Numbered from the stretch's first letter, positions 44,107 to 53,917 are shown. The stretch: DNA of 64,000 bases from Clostridia bacterium (GCA_029060985.1 JAIDSX010000064.1:1838-65837); one strand, 5' to 3'. The notes: generated from the letters alone by a model not told the origin. Translations and numbers: made by a program.

Positions 44107-46752
44107 TTATTTGCGGGGATTCTTGATGTTTGCCTGCGCCGCCGCAAGACGTGCGATCGGCACGCGGTAAGGCGAGCAGGAAACGTAGCTGAGCCCGATC
44201 TTGTGGCAGAACTCGATGGACGAAGGATCGCCGCCGTGCTCACCGCAGATACCGCAGTGCATTTCGGGACGAACGCTTCTTCCCTTGTTGACCGCCATTT
44301 CCATGAGCTGGCCGACGCCCGTCGTATCAAGTCTTGCGAAAGGATCGCTCTCGTAAATCTTGTTCGCGTAGTAGCTGGGAAGGAACTTGCCGGCGTCGTC
44401 ACGCGAGAAGCCGAAGGTCATCTGCGTGAGGTCGTTCGTACCGAAGCAGAAGAATTCTGCTTCCTTTGCGATCTCGTCCGCGGTAAGCGCCGCACGGGGA
44501 ATTTCGATCATCGTTCCGACTTCGTACTTCAAATCCGCCTTCGCCTTTGCGATAACCTCGTCCGCGGTCTTGACGACGATGTCCTTAACGAACTTCATTT
44601 CCTTGGATTCGCCCGTCAAAGGAATCATGATTTCGGGAACGACCTTCCAATTCTTGTGCTTCTTCTGAACGGCGATTGCAGCCTTGATGACCGCCTTCGT
44701 CTGCATGACTGCGATTTCGGGATAGGTGACCGTCAAACGGCAGCCGCGGTGACCCATCATGGGGTTGAACTCGTGCAGGTCGGAGATGAGCTGTTTGATC
44801 TGCGCAACGCTCTTGCCCTGCGCCTTTGCAAGCGCTTCGATATCCGCCTCGTCCGTGGGAACAAACTCGTGGAGCGGAGGATCGAGGAAACGAATGGTTA
44901 CGGGATATCCGCCGAGCGCTTCGAACAAGCCCTCGAAGTCAGCCTGCTGCATGGGCTCGATCTTCGCAAGCGCCGCTTCTCTCTCCTCAACCGTTTCGGA
45001 GCAGATCATTTCGCGGAACTTGTCGATTCTGCCTTCGCCGAAGAACATATGCTCCGTACGGCAAAGACCGATACCCTGCGCGCCGAACGCCGCCGCCTGC
45101 TTTGCGTCCTTGGGCGTATCCGCGTTCGTGCGAACGCCGAGCGCCTTGTACTTGTCCGCAAGCTCCATGATCCTGCCGAAGTAGCCGCTGTTGGGGTCTG
45201 CGGGAACGGTGGGGATAATGCAATCGTAAATGTTACCCGTCGAGCCGTCGAGGGAAATACCGTCGCCCTCGTGATATACTTTGCCCGCGAGGGTGAACTT
45301 CTTGTTCTCCTCGTCCATTTTGATGTCGCCGCAACCGGAGACGCAGCACGTTCCCATGCCGCGCGCAACGACCGCCGCGTGCGAGGTCTGACCGCCGCGC
45401 ACCGTCAAGATGCCCTGCGCGTACTTCATACCCTCGATATCTTCGGGAGAGGTTTCAAGACGGACGAGCACGACCTTCTTGCCTTTCTTGCCTTCGATGA
45501 CCGCGTCCTCTGCGGTGAATACGATCGTACCAGCCGCCGCGCCGGGGGAAGCCGCAATACCTTTGCCGACGACGTTCTTCTTGTCCGCTTCTTTCAAAGC
45601 CTTGGGGTCGAACTGCGGGTGAAGGAGCATATCGAGCGACTTCGCGTCGATCTGCATAAGCGCTTCCTGCTCGGTGATCATGCCCTCGTCGATGAGGTCG
45701 CAAGCGATCTTGATAGCCGCCGCCGCGGTACGCTTACCGTTACGGGTCTGCAACATATAGAGCTTTTCGTTCTCGACGGTGAACTCCATATCCTGCATAT
45801 CGCGGTAGTGATTTTCAAGAGTCTTGCAGACTTCCTGGAACTGCTTGTAAACTTCGGGGAATACTTCCGCCATCTTTGCGATGGGCATAGGCGTACGAAC
45901 GCCTGCAACGACGTCCTCGCCCTGTGCGTTGGTGAGGAACTCGCCCATGAGTCCCTTCTCGCCCGTTGCGGGATTACGCGTGAACGCAACGCCCGTACCG
46001 CAGTTGTCGCCCATGTTGCCGAACGCCATCATCTGAACGTTGACCGCGGTACCCCAGCTGTAAGGAATGTCGTGGTCCATACGGTAGACGTTTGCGCGGG
46101 GGTTGTCCCACGAACGGAAGACCGCCTTGATCGCTTCGAAGAGCTGTTCCTTGGGATCGTCGGGGAAGTCCTTTTTGAGCTGTTTCTTGTACTCTTTCTT
46201 GAACTGCATTGCAAGTTCTTTGAGGTCGTCCGCGGTAAGCTCAACGTCCTGCGTGACGCCCTTCTTCTCTTTCATCTCGTCGATGAGCTTTTCGAAATAT
46301 TTCTTGCCGACTTCCATAACGACGTCGGAGAACATTTGAATGAATCTACGGTAGCAGTCCCACGCCCAACGGGGATTGTTCGACTTCTGCGCGATGGTGT
46401 TAACGACCGTCTCGTTCAAGCCGAGGTTGAGAATGGTGTCCATCATGCCGGGCATGGAAGCACGCGCGCCCGAACGAACGGAGACGAGAAGCGGGTTTTC
46501 TTTGTCGCCGAACTTCTTGCCCGTGATTTTTTCCATCTTGTCGATGTAGGTCATGATCTCCGCCTGAATGGAGTCGTTGATCTTTCTGCCGTCCTCATAA
46601 TACTGCGTGCACGCTTCGGTCGAAATCGTGAAGCCCTGAGGTACGGGGAGTCCGATATTCGTCATTTCCGCAAGGTTTGCACCTTTGCCGCCGAGAATCT
46701 CGCGCATCTTCGCGTTACCTTCGGTAAAAAGGTAACAATACTTTTTAGCCAT
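44107..46752 (-). CDS. ppdK: Pyruvate, phosphate dikinase
   Basis: 881 aa from ATG 46752 (MAKKYCYLFTEGNAKMREILGGKGANLAEM), preceded by AGGAGG. Phosphohistidine motif GGQTSHAAVVARG and a PEP-utilizer C-domain. Confidence 0.95.
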   Translation of the reverse strand: MAKKYCYLFTEGNAKMREILGGKGANLAEMTNIGLPVPQGFTISTEACTQYYEDGRKINDSIQAEIMTYIDKMEKITGKKFGDKENPLLVSVRSGARASMPGMMDTILNLGLNETVVNTIAQKSNNPRWAWDCYRRFIQMFSDVVMEVGKKYFEKLIDEMKEKKGVTQDVELTADDLKELAMQFKKEYKKQLKKDFPDDPKEQLFEAIKAVFRSWDNPRANVYRMDHDIPYSWGTAVNVQMMAFGNMGDNCGTGVAFTRNPATGEKGLMGEFLTNAQGEDVVAGVRTPMPIAKMAEVFPEVYKQFQEVCKTLENHYRDMQDMEFTVENEKLYMLQTRNGKRTAAAAIKIACDLIDEGMITEQEALMQIDAKSLDMLLHPQFDPKALKEADKKNVVGKGIAASPGAAAGTIVFTAEDAVIEGKKGKKVVLVRLETSPEDIEGMKYAQGILTVRGGQTSHAAVVARGMGTCCVSGCGDIKMDEENKKFTLAGKVYHEGDGISLDGSTGNIYDCIIPTVPADPNSGYFGRIMELADKYKALGVRTNADTPKDAKQAAAFGAQGIGLCRTEHMFFGEGRIDKFREMICSETVEEREAALAKIEPMQQADFEGLFEALGGYPVTIRFLDPPLHEFVPTDEADIEALAKAQGKSVAQIKQLISDLHEFNPMMGHRGCRLTVTYPEIAVMQTKAVIKAAIAVQKKHKNWKVVPEIMIPLTGESKEMKFVKDIVVKTADEVIAKAKADLKYEVGTMIEIPRAALTADEIAKEAEFFCFGTNDLTQMTFGFSRDDAGKFLPSYYANKIYESDPFARLDTTGVGQLMEMAVNKGRSVRPEMHCGICGEHGGDPSSIEFCHKIGLSYVSCSPYRVPIARLAAAQANIKNPRK

Positions 46753-47064
46753 GAAATAATTCCTCCTGAATTTAGCTTTTTTTACCAAAAATTATTGTAC
46801 AACATTTGGTGAAAAAATACAAGCCCTTTACGGGAAATTTTTTATAATATTTTATAGGATATAGAAAAGCGCACCGACCGCTAAGCGGCGGGCTTTGCAT
46901 ACCATAAGCGGAAATCCCCCGCTTTCTATGAGCGAGCAAGACAAGGCGCACGCGGATTTGCCGCAGGGAGTTTACTAAGGCGTAAACGACCAAGGCAAAA
47001 CGCAAGTGCAGCGCAGTATTGCGAAGTTCAGAGGAAGCGAGAAATTACAAAGCGATAGAAAAAG

Positions 47065-47102
47065 AAAAATCGGTTGCAGGCTGCAACCGATTTTGTCTTT
47101 TT
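47065..47102. terminator. Terminator after rpsI (bidirectional)
   Basis: aaaaatcggttgcaggctgcaaccgattttgtcttttt. Confidence 0.8.
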
Positions 47103-47110
47103 CGAAATGC

Positions 47111-47524
47111 TTATCTCTTGGAGAACTGAGGAGCGCGACGTGCCTTTTTGAGACCGTACTTTTTGCGTTCCTTTGCGCGGGGGTCTCTCGTCAAGAATCC
47201 CGCTTTTTTGAGTGCGGGGCGCGTTTCGGGCTCTGCTTCGAGAAGCGCGCGGGCAATGCCGAGCTTGATTGCTCCCGCCTGTCCCGTATATCCGCCGCCT
47301 ACGACGTTTACGAGTACGTCATACTTGCCTTCCGCTTCAACCTCTTTCAAGGGTTGTTTTACGATATATTGGAGAGTTCCCATCGGGAAATACTCTTCGA
47401 GCGAGCGGTCGTTGATGATGATCGCGCCGCTTCCTGCGGGAACGAGGCGCACGCGGGCAATCGCTTTTTTCCTTCTGCCCGTACCCCAGAACTGGATTTT
47501 CTTTTTCAGATTCGTTTTCGCCAT
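47111..47524 (-). CDS. rpsI: 30S ribosomal protein S9
   Basis: 137 aa from the ATG preceded by [21 protein letters not shown]-type motif and a C-terminal [12 protein letters not shown]. Confidence 0.95.
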   Translation of the reverse strand: MAKTNLKKKIQFWGTGRRKKAIARVRLVPAGSGAIIINDRSLEEYFPMGTLQYIVKQPLKEVEAEGKYDVLVNVVGGGYTGQAGAIKLGIARALLEAEPETRPALKKAGFLTRDPRAKERKKYGLKKARRAPQFSKR

Positions 47525-47536
47525 GTTCGTCACTCC

Positions 47537-47968
47537 TTAAAATAATTTCAACTCTTCGGGTTTCTGTGCCGCATGATTGTGCTCCGCACCCTTAAAGACG
47601 CGCAGCTTTTTGATCATCTTTCTCCCGAGAGAGTTTTTGGGAAGCATTCCCTTGACGGCTTCGTATACTGCAAGATCGCTCCGTTCCGCCATCAGCTTGC
47701 CATAAGATATTTCTTTCAAGCCGCCGATATAACCGGTGTGATAACGGTAATACTTATCCTCGTATTTTTTGCCCGTGAGGATCGCCTTGTCGCTATTGAT
47801 AACAATGACGAAATCCCCCGTGTCTACGTTGGGCGTATAGGTGGGTTTGTTCTTCCCTCTAAGTACGGAAGCCACCTTCGAAGCGAGTCTTCCGAGGGGA
47901 AGTCCCGTCGCGTCCACGACGTACCATTTTCTTTCTACCGTCTCGGCGTGAGCCATGTAGGTTTTCAT
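47537..47968 (-). CDS. rplM: 50S ribosomal protein L13
   Basis: 143 aa. [18 protein letters not shown] and [13 protein letters not shown] motifs. Confidence 0.95.
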   Translation of the reverse strand: MKTYMAHAETVERKWYVVDATGLPLGRLASKVASVLRGKNKPTYTPNVDTGDFVIVINSDKAILTGKKYEDKYYRYHTGYIGGLKEISYGKLMAERSDLAVYEAVKGMLPKNSLGRKMIKKLRVFKGAEHNHAAQKPEELKLF

Positions 47969-48141
47969 AGTCTTACTCCTTACTTGTTTCGCGTTTGCGT
48001 CCGCCCAGTGGGAAGGGGCTTTTCCGCATCACGCTTCTTCATTATAGGCTTATAACAAAATTCAGTCAAGCGGTTTTGAGTTGCCATTTTAAGTTTTTTT
48101 CGGAAATTTCAATAAATTTTTTTGGCAATTTTTTCCACATT

Positions 48142-48173
48142 CAAGAAAACCGCCCCGCAAGGGACGGCTCTTT
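48142..48173 (-). terminator. Terminator after the acetyltransferase gene
   Basis: Minus strand: gccgtcccttgcggggcggttttcttg. Confidence 0.6.
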
Positions 48174-48184
48174 ATTCCATATTA

Positions 48185-48736
48185 TTATATCTTCCTCAAA
48201 ACTCTTGCGGGATTGCCCGCCGCCACCGAATTTGCGGGAATATCTTTTACTACCACACTGCCTGCGCCGATGACGCAATTATCGCCTATCGTCACGCCGG
48301 GGAGAATTTTGACCCCGCCGCCGATCCATACGTCGTTTCCGACGGTGATAGTCTTTGCAAATTCGAGGCCTGCGTTTCTTGTCTTGGCGTCGATCGGGTG
48401 TCCCGCCGTGTAGAATCCGCACTGCGGCGCGATGAACACGTTGTCGCCGAAGGTAATTTTCGCACAGTCCAAAAATACGCATTCGTGGTTGCAATAAAAA
48501 TTTTCGCCCACTTCCGTATTGTAGCCGTAGTCAAACCAAACGTTCGATTCGATATGCACAAATTCGCCCGTCTTGCCGAGGAGCTTTCGTATAATTTCTT
48601 TACGCTTTTTGCCCTCCGCTACGGGCGTGCGGTTGAGCTCCTCGCACAGCGTTTTGGCGTGCGTGCGTTCCCTGGCAAGCGACTTTTCCATGCTGTCGTA
48701 CAGCTCGCCCGCAAGCATTTTTTCTTTTTCTGTCAT
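48185..48736 (-). CDS. maa: Maltose/galactoside O-acetyltransferase family (left-handed beta-helix)
   Basis: 183 aa. Mac-type N-terminus (MLAGELY) and hexapeptide repeats (IGDNCVIGAGSVV). Confidence 0.85.
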   Translation of the reverse strand: MTEKEKMLAGELYDSMEKSLARERTHAKTLCEELNRTPVAEGKKRKEIIRKLLGKTGEFVHIESNVWFDYGYNTEVGENFYCNHECVFLDCAKITFGDNVFIAPQCGFYTAGHPIDAKTRNAGLEFAKTITVGNDVWIGGGVKILPGVTIGDNCVIGAGSVVVKDIPANSVAAGNPARVLRKI

Positions 48737-48737
48737 A

Positions 48738-50522
48738 TTACTCCAACACCGCTTTTATTCTTCTGACCCCCGCGGAAGAGGACTGCTCTTTTACGATATG
48801 AAAATGCCCCAGCTCGCCCGTGCTTTGCACGTGAGGGCCGCCGCACATTTCTTTTGAAAATTCGCCGATAGAATAAGTCTTGACGACGTCGCCGTACTTG
48901 CTGTCGAATACGCCCACAAATTTCTGTTTGCGCGCCTCTTCGAGGCTCATTTCCTTGTACACGACGGGAATATTCTCTTTGATCTTCTCGTTGACGAGAT
49001 TCTCGACTTTCTTGACCTCTTCCTCGGTCATGGGGCGTTCGAAATTGAAATCGAAGCGCATTCTTTCGTCGTTGATGTTGCTCCCCTTTTGGTTACAGTC
49101 GGGGGAGAGAATTGTTTTCAACGCGGCGTTCAGAAGGTGCGTCGCGGTGTGATACTTCGTCGCCTGTTCCGAATGGCTTTCAAGTCCACCCTTCGCCTGT
49201 CCCTTTTCGAGCGCGCGGCTCTTTTCCTGATGCTCCTTAAAGGATTCGTCAAAGCCCGCTTTGTCCACGCTCAACCCGCGCTCCGCGGCAAGCTCCTCGG
49301 TGAGCTCCACGGGGAAGCCGTAGGTGTCGTAAAGGTGGAACGCCTGTTTGCCCCCGATGACCGTTTCGTCCTTATAGTCGGGATTGTTCTTCTTCATGAA
49401 TTCGTTCTTGCGCGCGATTCCCTGCACGCACTTTTCAAATTCCTTCATGCCCTTTTCGAGCGTCGCCTCGAAGCGGTCGGTCTCCTTTTTGAGCTCGTCC
49501 AAAATGTATTCTTCTTTTTTAAGAAGCAGGGGATATGCTTCGGGATAGACCTCTTCAATAAAGATTTTGGCAAGGCTTAAAAGCGCACTGCTCTCTACAT
49601 TGAGTTTTCTGCAATATCTGACCGCGCGGCGAATGAGACGGCGGAGAATATAGCCCGCGCCCACGTTCGACGGAAGGATTCCGTTTTGATCGCCGATCAA
49701 CATCACCGAGGTACGGGTATGGTCCGCAACGATACGCATGGCGCGCGTGTCCTCTTCGTCCGCGCCGTACTTCTTGCCCGAAAGCTCTTCTAACTTATGA
49801 ATCGCAGAGGCGAACAGGTCAGTCTGGTATCCGTCCGAAAGGTTGTTCAAAAAGAGCAACATTCTGTCAAACCCGAAGCCTGTATCGACGTTTTTATTTT
49901 CAAGCGGCTCGTATCCCGTAGCCGTCTTTTTGTACTGCATATACACGTCGTTGCCGATTTCCACGTACCCGTCGCCGAGCGGATAAAACCATTCGTTGTC
50001 CGGTCCGCAGGGCGTGCCTACCGTGCCTTCGAGCTCCCACCAGTTGTCCTCTTTGGGAAGATAGCTGATATGCTCGCTTGCAATGCCGAGCCCCGTCAAG
50101 AGCGCCGCCGTCTCCGTATCGCGGGGCGCGGAATCGTTTCCCTCGAACACGGTCACGCGGAGCTTGTCCTTATCGAAGCCCAAGACCTTCGTCAGGAATT
50201 CGAGCGACCACGCCGTCTTTTCCTTTTTGAAATAGTCGCCGAGCGACCAGTTGCCCATCATCTCGAAAAAGGTGAAGTGCGAAGCGTCGCCCACCGATTC
50301 GATATCGATAAGCCGCACGCACCCCTGCACGTTGCAAAGGCGCTTGCCCTTCGGGTGCGCTTTCCCCAACAGGTAGGGCATGAGGGGCTGCATACCCGCC
50401 ACGTTGAACATGACGCCCGTCGTGCCGTCGCCGATGAGCGACACCGCGCCGATATTCACGTGCCCCTTGCTCTCATAAAATTCGATCCATTTTTTTCTGA
50501 GTTCTTTGGAAGTAACCTTCAT
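48738..50522 (-). CDS. alaS: Alanyl-tRNA synthetase, short form (catalytic + tRNA-recognition + editing domains; no C-Ala/DHHA1 domain)
   Basis: 594 aa. AlaRS motifs FTFFEMMGNWSLGDYFK and NVDTGFGFDRM. Editing-site HTATHLLN and CGGPHV. The ORF stops about 30 aa after the CGGPHV motif. Confidence 0.85.
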   Translation of the reverse strand: MKVTSKELRKKWIEFYESKGHVNIGAVSLIGDGTTGVMFNVAGMQPLMPYLLGKAHPKGKRLCNVQGCVRLIDIESVGDASHFTFFEMMGNWSLGDYFKKEKTAWSLEFLTKVLGFDKDKLRVTVFEGNDSAPRDTETAALLTGLGIASEHISYLPKEDNWWELEGTVGTPCGPDNEWFYPLGDGYVEIGNDVYMQYKKTATGYEPLENKNVDTGFGFDRMLLFLNNLSDGYQTDLFASAIHKLEELSGKKYGADEEDTRAMRIVADHTRTSVMLIGDQNGILPSNVGAGYILRRLIRRAVRYCRKLNVESSALLSLAKIFIEEVYPEAYPLLLKKEEYILDELKKETDRFEATLEKGMKEFEKCVQGIARKNEFMKKNNPDYKDETVIGGKQAFHLYDTYGFPVELTEELAAERGLSVDKAGFDESFKEHQEKSRALEKGQAKGGLESHSEQATKYHTATHLLNAALKTILSPDCNQKGSNINDERMRFDFNFERPMTEEEVKKVENLVNEKIKENIPVVYKEMSLEEARKQKFVGVFDSKYGDVVKTYSIGEFSKEMCGGPHVQSTGELGHFHIVKEQSSSAGVRRIKAVLE

Positions 50523-50532
50523 AATAATTTCC

Positions 50533-51918
50533 TTATAGCTTTGTCAGCTCATATCCTTCTTTTGAATCTTTCACTGCATATCCTAACTCTTTGAGTTTTT
50601 CGCGGAGCTCGTCGCTCTTTGCCCAATTCTTTTCGGCGCGGGCTTGCTTCCGCTCTTCCGCGACCGCCAAAACCTCTTGGGGGATTTCCTCTTTCGGGGC
50701 GTACTTTTTGAGGTACTCTTCCGCGTTCTTCTTAAAGAGTCCCAAAAGAGAATAGGTCTCCCTGATTTGGTTCGTAATTCTTCTTGCCCGCGGATTCTTT
50801 TCTTGAAGCAGCTTGCTTACTTCCTTAAAATATCCGAAGAGGTCGGAGAGCGCGAGCGCGGTATTGAAATCGTCGCTCATGTCTTTATCGAACTTTTTAT
50901 CGATTTCCTCTTCCTTGCCCGTCTCGTTCGGGAAGGCTTTTTCCGCTTCCGCGATAAGCGAATAGAACTTCGCGATATGCGCTTCCGCTTCGGGGAAGAG
51001 GTTATCCGTGATATTCAGATCTCCCCTGTAATTGTTGGAAAGGAGCGCGAACTTCAACGCGTCGGGAGAGTAGTTATCCATCAGATCGCTCAATAAAAGC
51101 GAATTGCCGAGGGACTTGCTCATCTTCTGACCGTTGACTTTGATAAGTCCGTTATGCGTCCAATACTTTGCAAAGCGCTTGCCCGTCAGACTTTCGCTCT
51201 GCGCGATCTCGTTTTCGTGGTGCGGGAATATGAGATCCCTGCCGCCGCCGTGTATATCGATCTGGTCGCCGAACGCCGCGCGGTTCATCGCGGAGCACTC
51301 GATATGCCAGCCCGGTCTACCCTTGCCCCACGGGGACTGCCAATAGATTTCCCCCTCCTTCGCCGCCTTCCAAAGCGCGAAGTCGTAGGCGTTCTTTTTC
51401 GCCTCGTCGTTCTCCACGCGCACGCCGTCCAAGCTCTCGTCCGCGCTTCTGCCCGAAAGCTGACCGTACGAAGGACAGCTGTCCACGTCAAAGTACACGT
51501 CGCCGTTCTCGGCGGGATACGCGTGCCCCTTCTCAATAAGCTCCTCGATAAAGGAGATAATGTTGCCGATATTCTCCGTCGCTTTCAGCCACAGGTTGGG
51601 CTCGTCGATTTCCGCGCGGTGCATGACCGCGTTGATGTTTTGGATCATCTTTGCGGCGTACTCGTCGGCGGGGACGTTCTCCTCCTTGGCGCGCGCGATA
51701 ATTTTATCGTCGACGTCCGTATAGTTGCGGGCGTACGTTACTTTGTAGCCCTGCTTTTCGAGAAACTTGCGAAAGAGATCGTACACGATCGCCTGATAGG
51801 CGTGCCCGATATGCGCCTCGCCCGAAACGGTGATTCCGCAAGCGTACATTTTCACTTTTCCCGCTTCGAGGGGCGTAAACTCTTCCTTTTTTCTCGTAAG
51901 GGAATTATAAATTTTCAT
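50533..51918 (-). CDS. cysS: Cysteinyl-tRNA synthetase
   Basis: 461 aa. HIGH-type motif (EAHIGHAY) and KMSKSLGN. Confidence 0.95.
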   Translation of the reverse strand: MKIYNSLTRKKEEFTPLEAGKVKMYACGITVSGEAHIGHAYQAIVYDLFRKFLEKQGYKVTYARNYTDVDDKIIARAKEENVPADEYAAKMIQNINAVMHRAEIDEPNLWLKATENIGNIISFIEELIEKGHAYPAENGDVYFDVDSCPSYGQLSGRSADESLDGVRVENDEAKKNAYDFALWKAAKEGEIYWQSPWGKGRPGWHIECSAMNRAAFGDQIDIHGGGRDLIFPHHENEIAQSESLTGKRFAKYWTHNGLIKVNGQKMSKSLGNSLLLSDLMDNYSPDALKFALLSNNYRGDLNITDNLFPEAEAHIAKFYSLIAEAEKAFPNETGKEEEIDKKFDKDMSDDFNTALALSDLFGYFKEVSKLLQEKNPRARRITNQIRETYSLLGLFKKNAEEYLKKYAPKEEIPQEVLAVAEERKQARAEKNWAKSDELREKLKELGYAVKDSKEGYELTKL

Positions 51919-51935
51919 AAAAGCCTCTTTCTATC

Positions 51936-52565
51936 TTATGCCTCTTTGCGTTTTATGGGAAGGTTGGTGATTTTGTATTCCTTCAAGCACTTATCGCGCA
52001 TTTCTTCGTTGAACACGCCGTTCGTCAAAAGATACTCGCACACCACGTCGCGCACGCGGTCCTTTTCAAAACCGAAACCCATGACGTTTAAGAGATTATT
52101 CACGTCCGCCTGCTTCATGCCCGTGACGAGCGCCAGCGCAAGCACCAGATTCTTTTCGGGATACAGCTTTCCCTTTACGATTTTTTTCCAATATTTGGGA
52201 GAAATATCCAGCTTTTCGCCCGCGCTTTCGGCTGTTTCGCCCGCACGGGAAAGCGCGCCCTGTAAAAGTTTTGCGAAGGTAAACTTGCGGAAGGGATCGC
52301 GCATACTGTCGCGGAAGGAGCGGAAAGAAAAATTAAAGGTAAATTCGGTGTCCGCAAGCCCCTCTTTGAGGCGGGCAAGCAGCTCCGACTTGTTCTTCTG
52401 ATGGCTAAGGCGCATGACCTCGGAATTCTTGCGTTCGATATTGCCGTCCGCGCCGACCGAAACGACCTCGGGCATTTCGTAGCCTTCGAGCGCGCTGAGC
52501 TTGACGTAATCGGAATACTGCGCGCAAAAATATTCGTCGAGTGAAGTTAAATATTGCGTTTCCAT
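51936..52565 (-). CDS. Hypothetical protein with a possible C-terminal HTH; first gene of the cysS-alaS-maa operon
   Basis: 209 aa from ATG 52565 (METQYLTSLDEYF...). The segment ISPKYWKKIVKGKLYPEKNLVLALALVTGMKQADVNNLL looks HTH-like. A TG-extended TACAAT ends 11 nt upstream of the ATG. Confidence 0.5.
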   Translation of the reverse strand: METQYLTSLDEYFCAQYSDYVKLSALEGYEMPEVVSVGADGNIERKNSEVMRLSHQKNKSELLARLKEGLADTEFTFNFSFRSFRDSMRDPFRKFTFAKLLQGALSRAGETAESAGEKLDISPKYWKKIVKGKLYPEKNLVLALALVTGMKQADVNNLLNVMGFGFEKDRVRDVVCEYLLTNGVFNEEMRDKCLKEYKITNLPIKRKEA

Positions 52566-52826
52566 AATCGGAAAATATTGTAACACGATTCCGCGCAAAA
52601 CGCAAGCAAATTCCCGCGGGACAGGGTGAAATCGCAAGGAAATGAAAAAATATCAGTCTGATTTGAAAAATCGTGAATTTTTTACAAAAAATACTCCGAA
52701 AATGAAAATTTTTTTACGAAAATTAAAAATTTATTGAATATTATATTGCTTTTTCACAAAAATTATGTTATAATTTCACACGGGCGAGTCGGGGGAAGCG
52801 CCACAAAAATAAGGAGCATGTTTATT

Positions 52827-53585
52827 ATGAAACGAGAAAGAATCGACCAAATTGCCGACCTTTTGGACAAGCGCGGGAAACTGTCGCTTGAACAGCTCGA
52901 AGAACACTTCCCCAACGTGTCGCAAATGACCCTTCGACGCGACCTCGTCCTTTTGGAACAGCAGGAACGCATTATCCGCGTGCGCGGCGGCGCGATGTCG
53001 GTCAAGGAAGTGCAGAAGGTCTCCGGCGAAGCCTACGCGAAAAAGACCGCGATCCACACCGACGAAAAAATTCAAATCGCCCGCAAAGCGGCAAGCCTTA
53101 TCGAGGAGAGCTCCTGCCTCTTTATGGACGGCGGAACGACGAGCATGACGCTTGCGAAAGAGCTTCCCGATATCCCTCTCCACGTATTTACGAACGGACT
53201 CGCCGTAGCGGTCGAGCTTGCAAAGAAGAAGAATTTCGACGTGACCCTCTTCGGCGGGCAGGTATTGAAGGATAACTTGTCCACCGCGACCGCCGCTTCG
53301 AGAATCTATTTCGAGAACACGAACTTCGAGCTTGCGGTCATGTCCTCTTCGGCGTTCACGCCCGAAAGCGGATTTTCGTGCGGCTCGCAGATCGAGGCGG
53401 ATTTCTTACAGGAAATGCAGAAGCGGGCGAAGGCGGTCTATATGATGCTCGACAGCTCGAAAATCGGCAAGATCATGCCCCACACCTTTGCGCGTATGGG
53501 CGATATCGACGTTCTTATTACCGATTCGAACTTCCCCGACGATCTGAAAAAACAGTTCATCGAAAAGAATATCGTGGTCATGTAA
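52827..53585 (+). CDS. DeoR-family transcriptional regulator
   Basis: 252 aa from ATG 52827 (MKRERIDQIADLLDKRGKLSLEQLEEHFPNVSQMTLRRDL) plus a sugar-binding DeoR C-domain. AAGGAG lies 10 nt upstream. Confidence 0.88.
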   Translation: MKRERIDQIADLLDKRGKLSLEQLEEHFPNVSQMTLRRDLVLLEQQERIIRVRGGAMSVKEVQKVSGEAYAKKTAIHTDEKIQIARKAASLIEESSCLFMDGGTTSMTLAKELPDIPLHVFTNGLAVAVELAKKKNFDVTLFGGQVLKDNLSTATAASRIYFENTNFELAVMSSSAFTPESGFSCGSQIEADFLQEMQKRAKAVYMMLDSSKIGKIMPHTFARMGDIDVLITDSNFPDDLKKQFIEKNIVVM

Positions 53586-53595
53586 AATTACGTTT

Positions 53596-53626
53596 AAAAA
53601 AGCGCGGTGCAAACCGCGCTTTTTTT
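53596..53626. terminator. Bidirectional terminator
   Basis: aaaaaagcgcggtgcaaaccgcgcttttttt. Confidence 0.8.
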
Positions 53627-53837
53627 AATAGTCCGAAAGTCCTAAAACGTAATTGCTCGAAACGTCGAGCACGGCGCAGAGCTTGGCAAAGGTGTCGAGC
53701 GCGGGAAACACGTCCGCCCTCATGTACTTGGAAACCGTCTGCGCCGAAACGCCGATTTTTACCGCAATTTCCTTTTGCGGAATCCCGCTCCCCGCAATGC
53801 ACTCCCGCATTCTTTTTTGAATATCCTTTAACTCCAT
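53625..53837 (-). CDS. Small XRE/Cro-CI family HTH regulator
   Basis: 70 aa from ATG 53837. IPQKEIAVKIGVSAQTVSKYMR is a classic HTH_3 motif. Confidence 0.85.
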   Translation of the reverse strand: MELKDIQKRMRECIAGSGIPQKEIAVKIGVSAQTVSKYMRADVFPALDTFAKLCAVLDVSSNYVLGLSDY

Positions 53838-53870
53838 AATATTTCCCCCATATATATTAACAAAAAAAAT

Positions 53871-53917
53871 ATCGCACATTATACGATATTTTGCTTGACA
53901 ATCGCATAATATACGAT
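53871..53917. promoter_or_regulatory. Two 17-bp near-identical operator-like sites (ATCGCA-N5-TACGAT), 30 bp apart
   Basis: atcgcacattatacgat at 53871-53887 and atcgcataatatacgat at 53901-53917. Each is an imperfect inverted repeat. The second fills the spacer of the + strand promoter. The first overlaps a TATAAT on the minus (XRE) side. Confidence 0.6.

Noticed and set aside
44095-46812. 905-aa ORF on the + strand. Similar long antisense ORFs occur at 2082-3431, 6539-8569, 8491-9750, 16131-17600, 18724-19854, 29684-30646, 43357-44043, 51154-52401, 54478-55968 and 56015-57043.
   Set aside because: Each lies exactly antisense to a gene with unambiguous family motifs (ppdK, ppx, gyrA, gyrB, the ATPase, pckG and others). 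Their translations are Arg/Leu/Val-rich with no motifs, which is the typical shadow-ORF pattern of GC-rich coding DNA.
47969-48184. 216-nt region upstream of rplM; possible ribosomal L13 leader.
   Set aside because: Part of it is the acetyltransferase terminator. The remainder has some pairing potential (gcgt...acgc around 47990-48040), but I cannot match it to the L13-leader consensus from memory. It needs cmsearch, so I have not called it.
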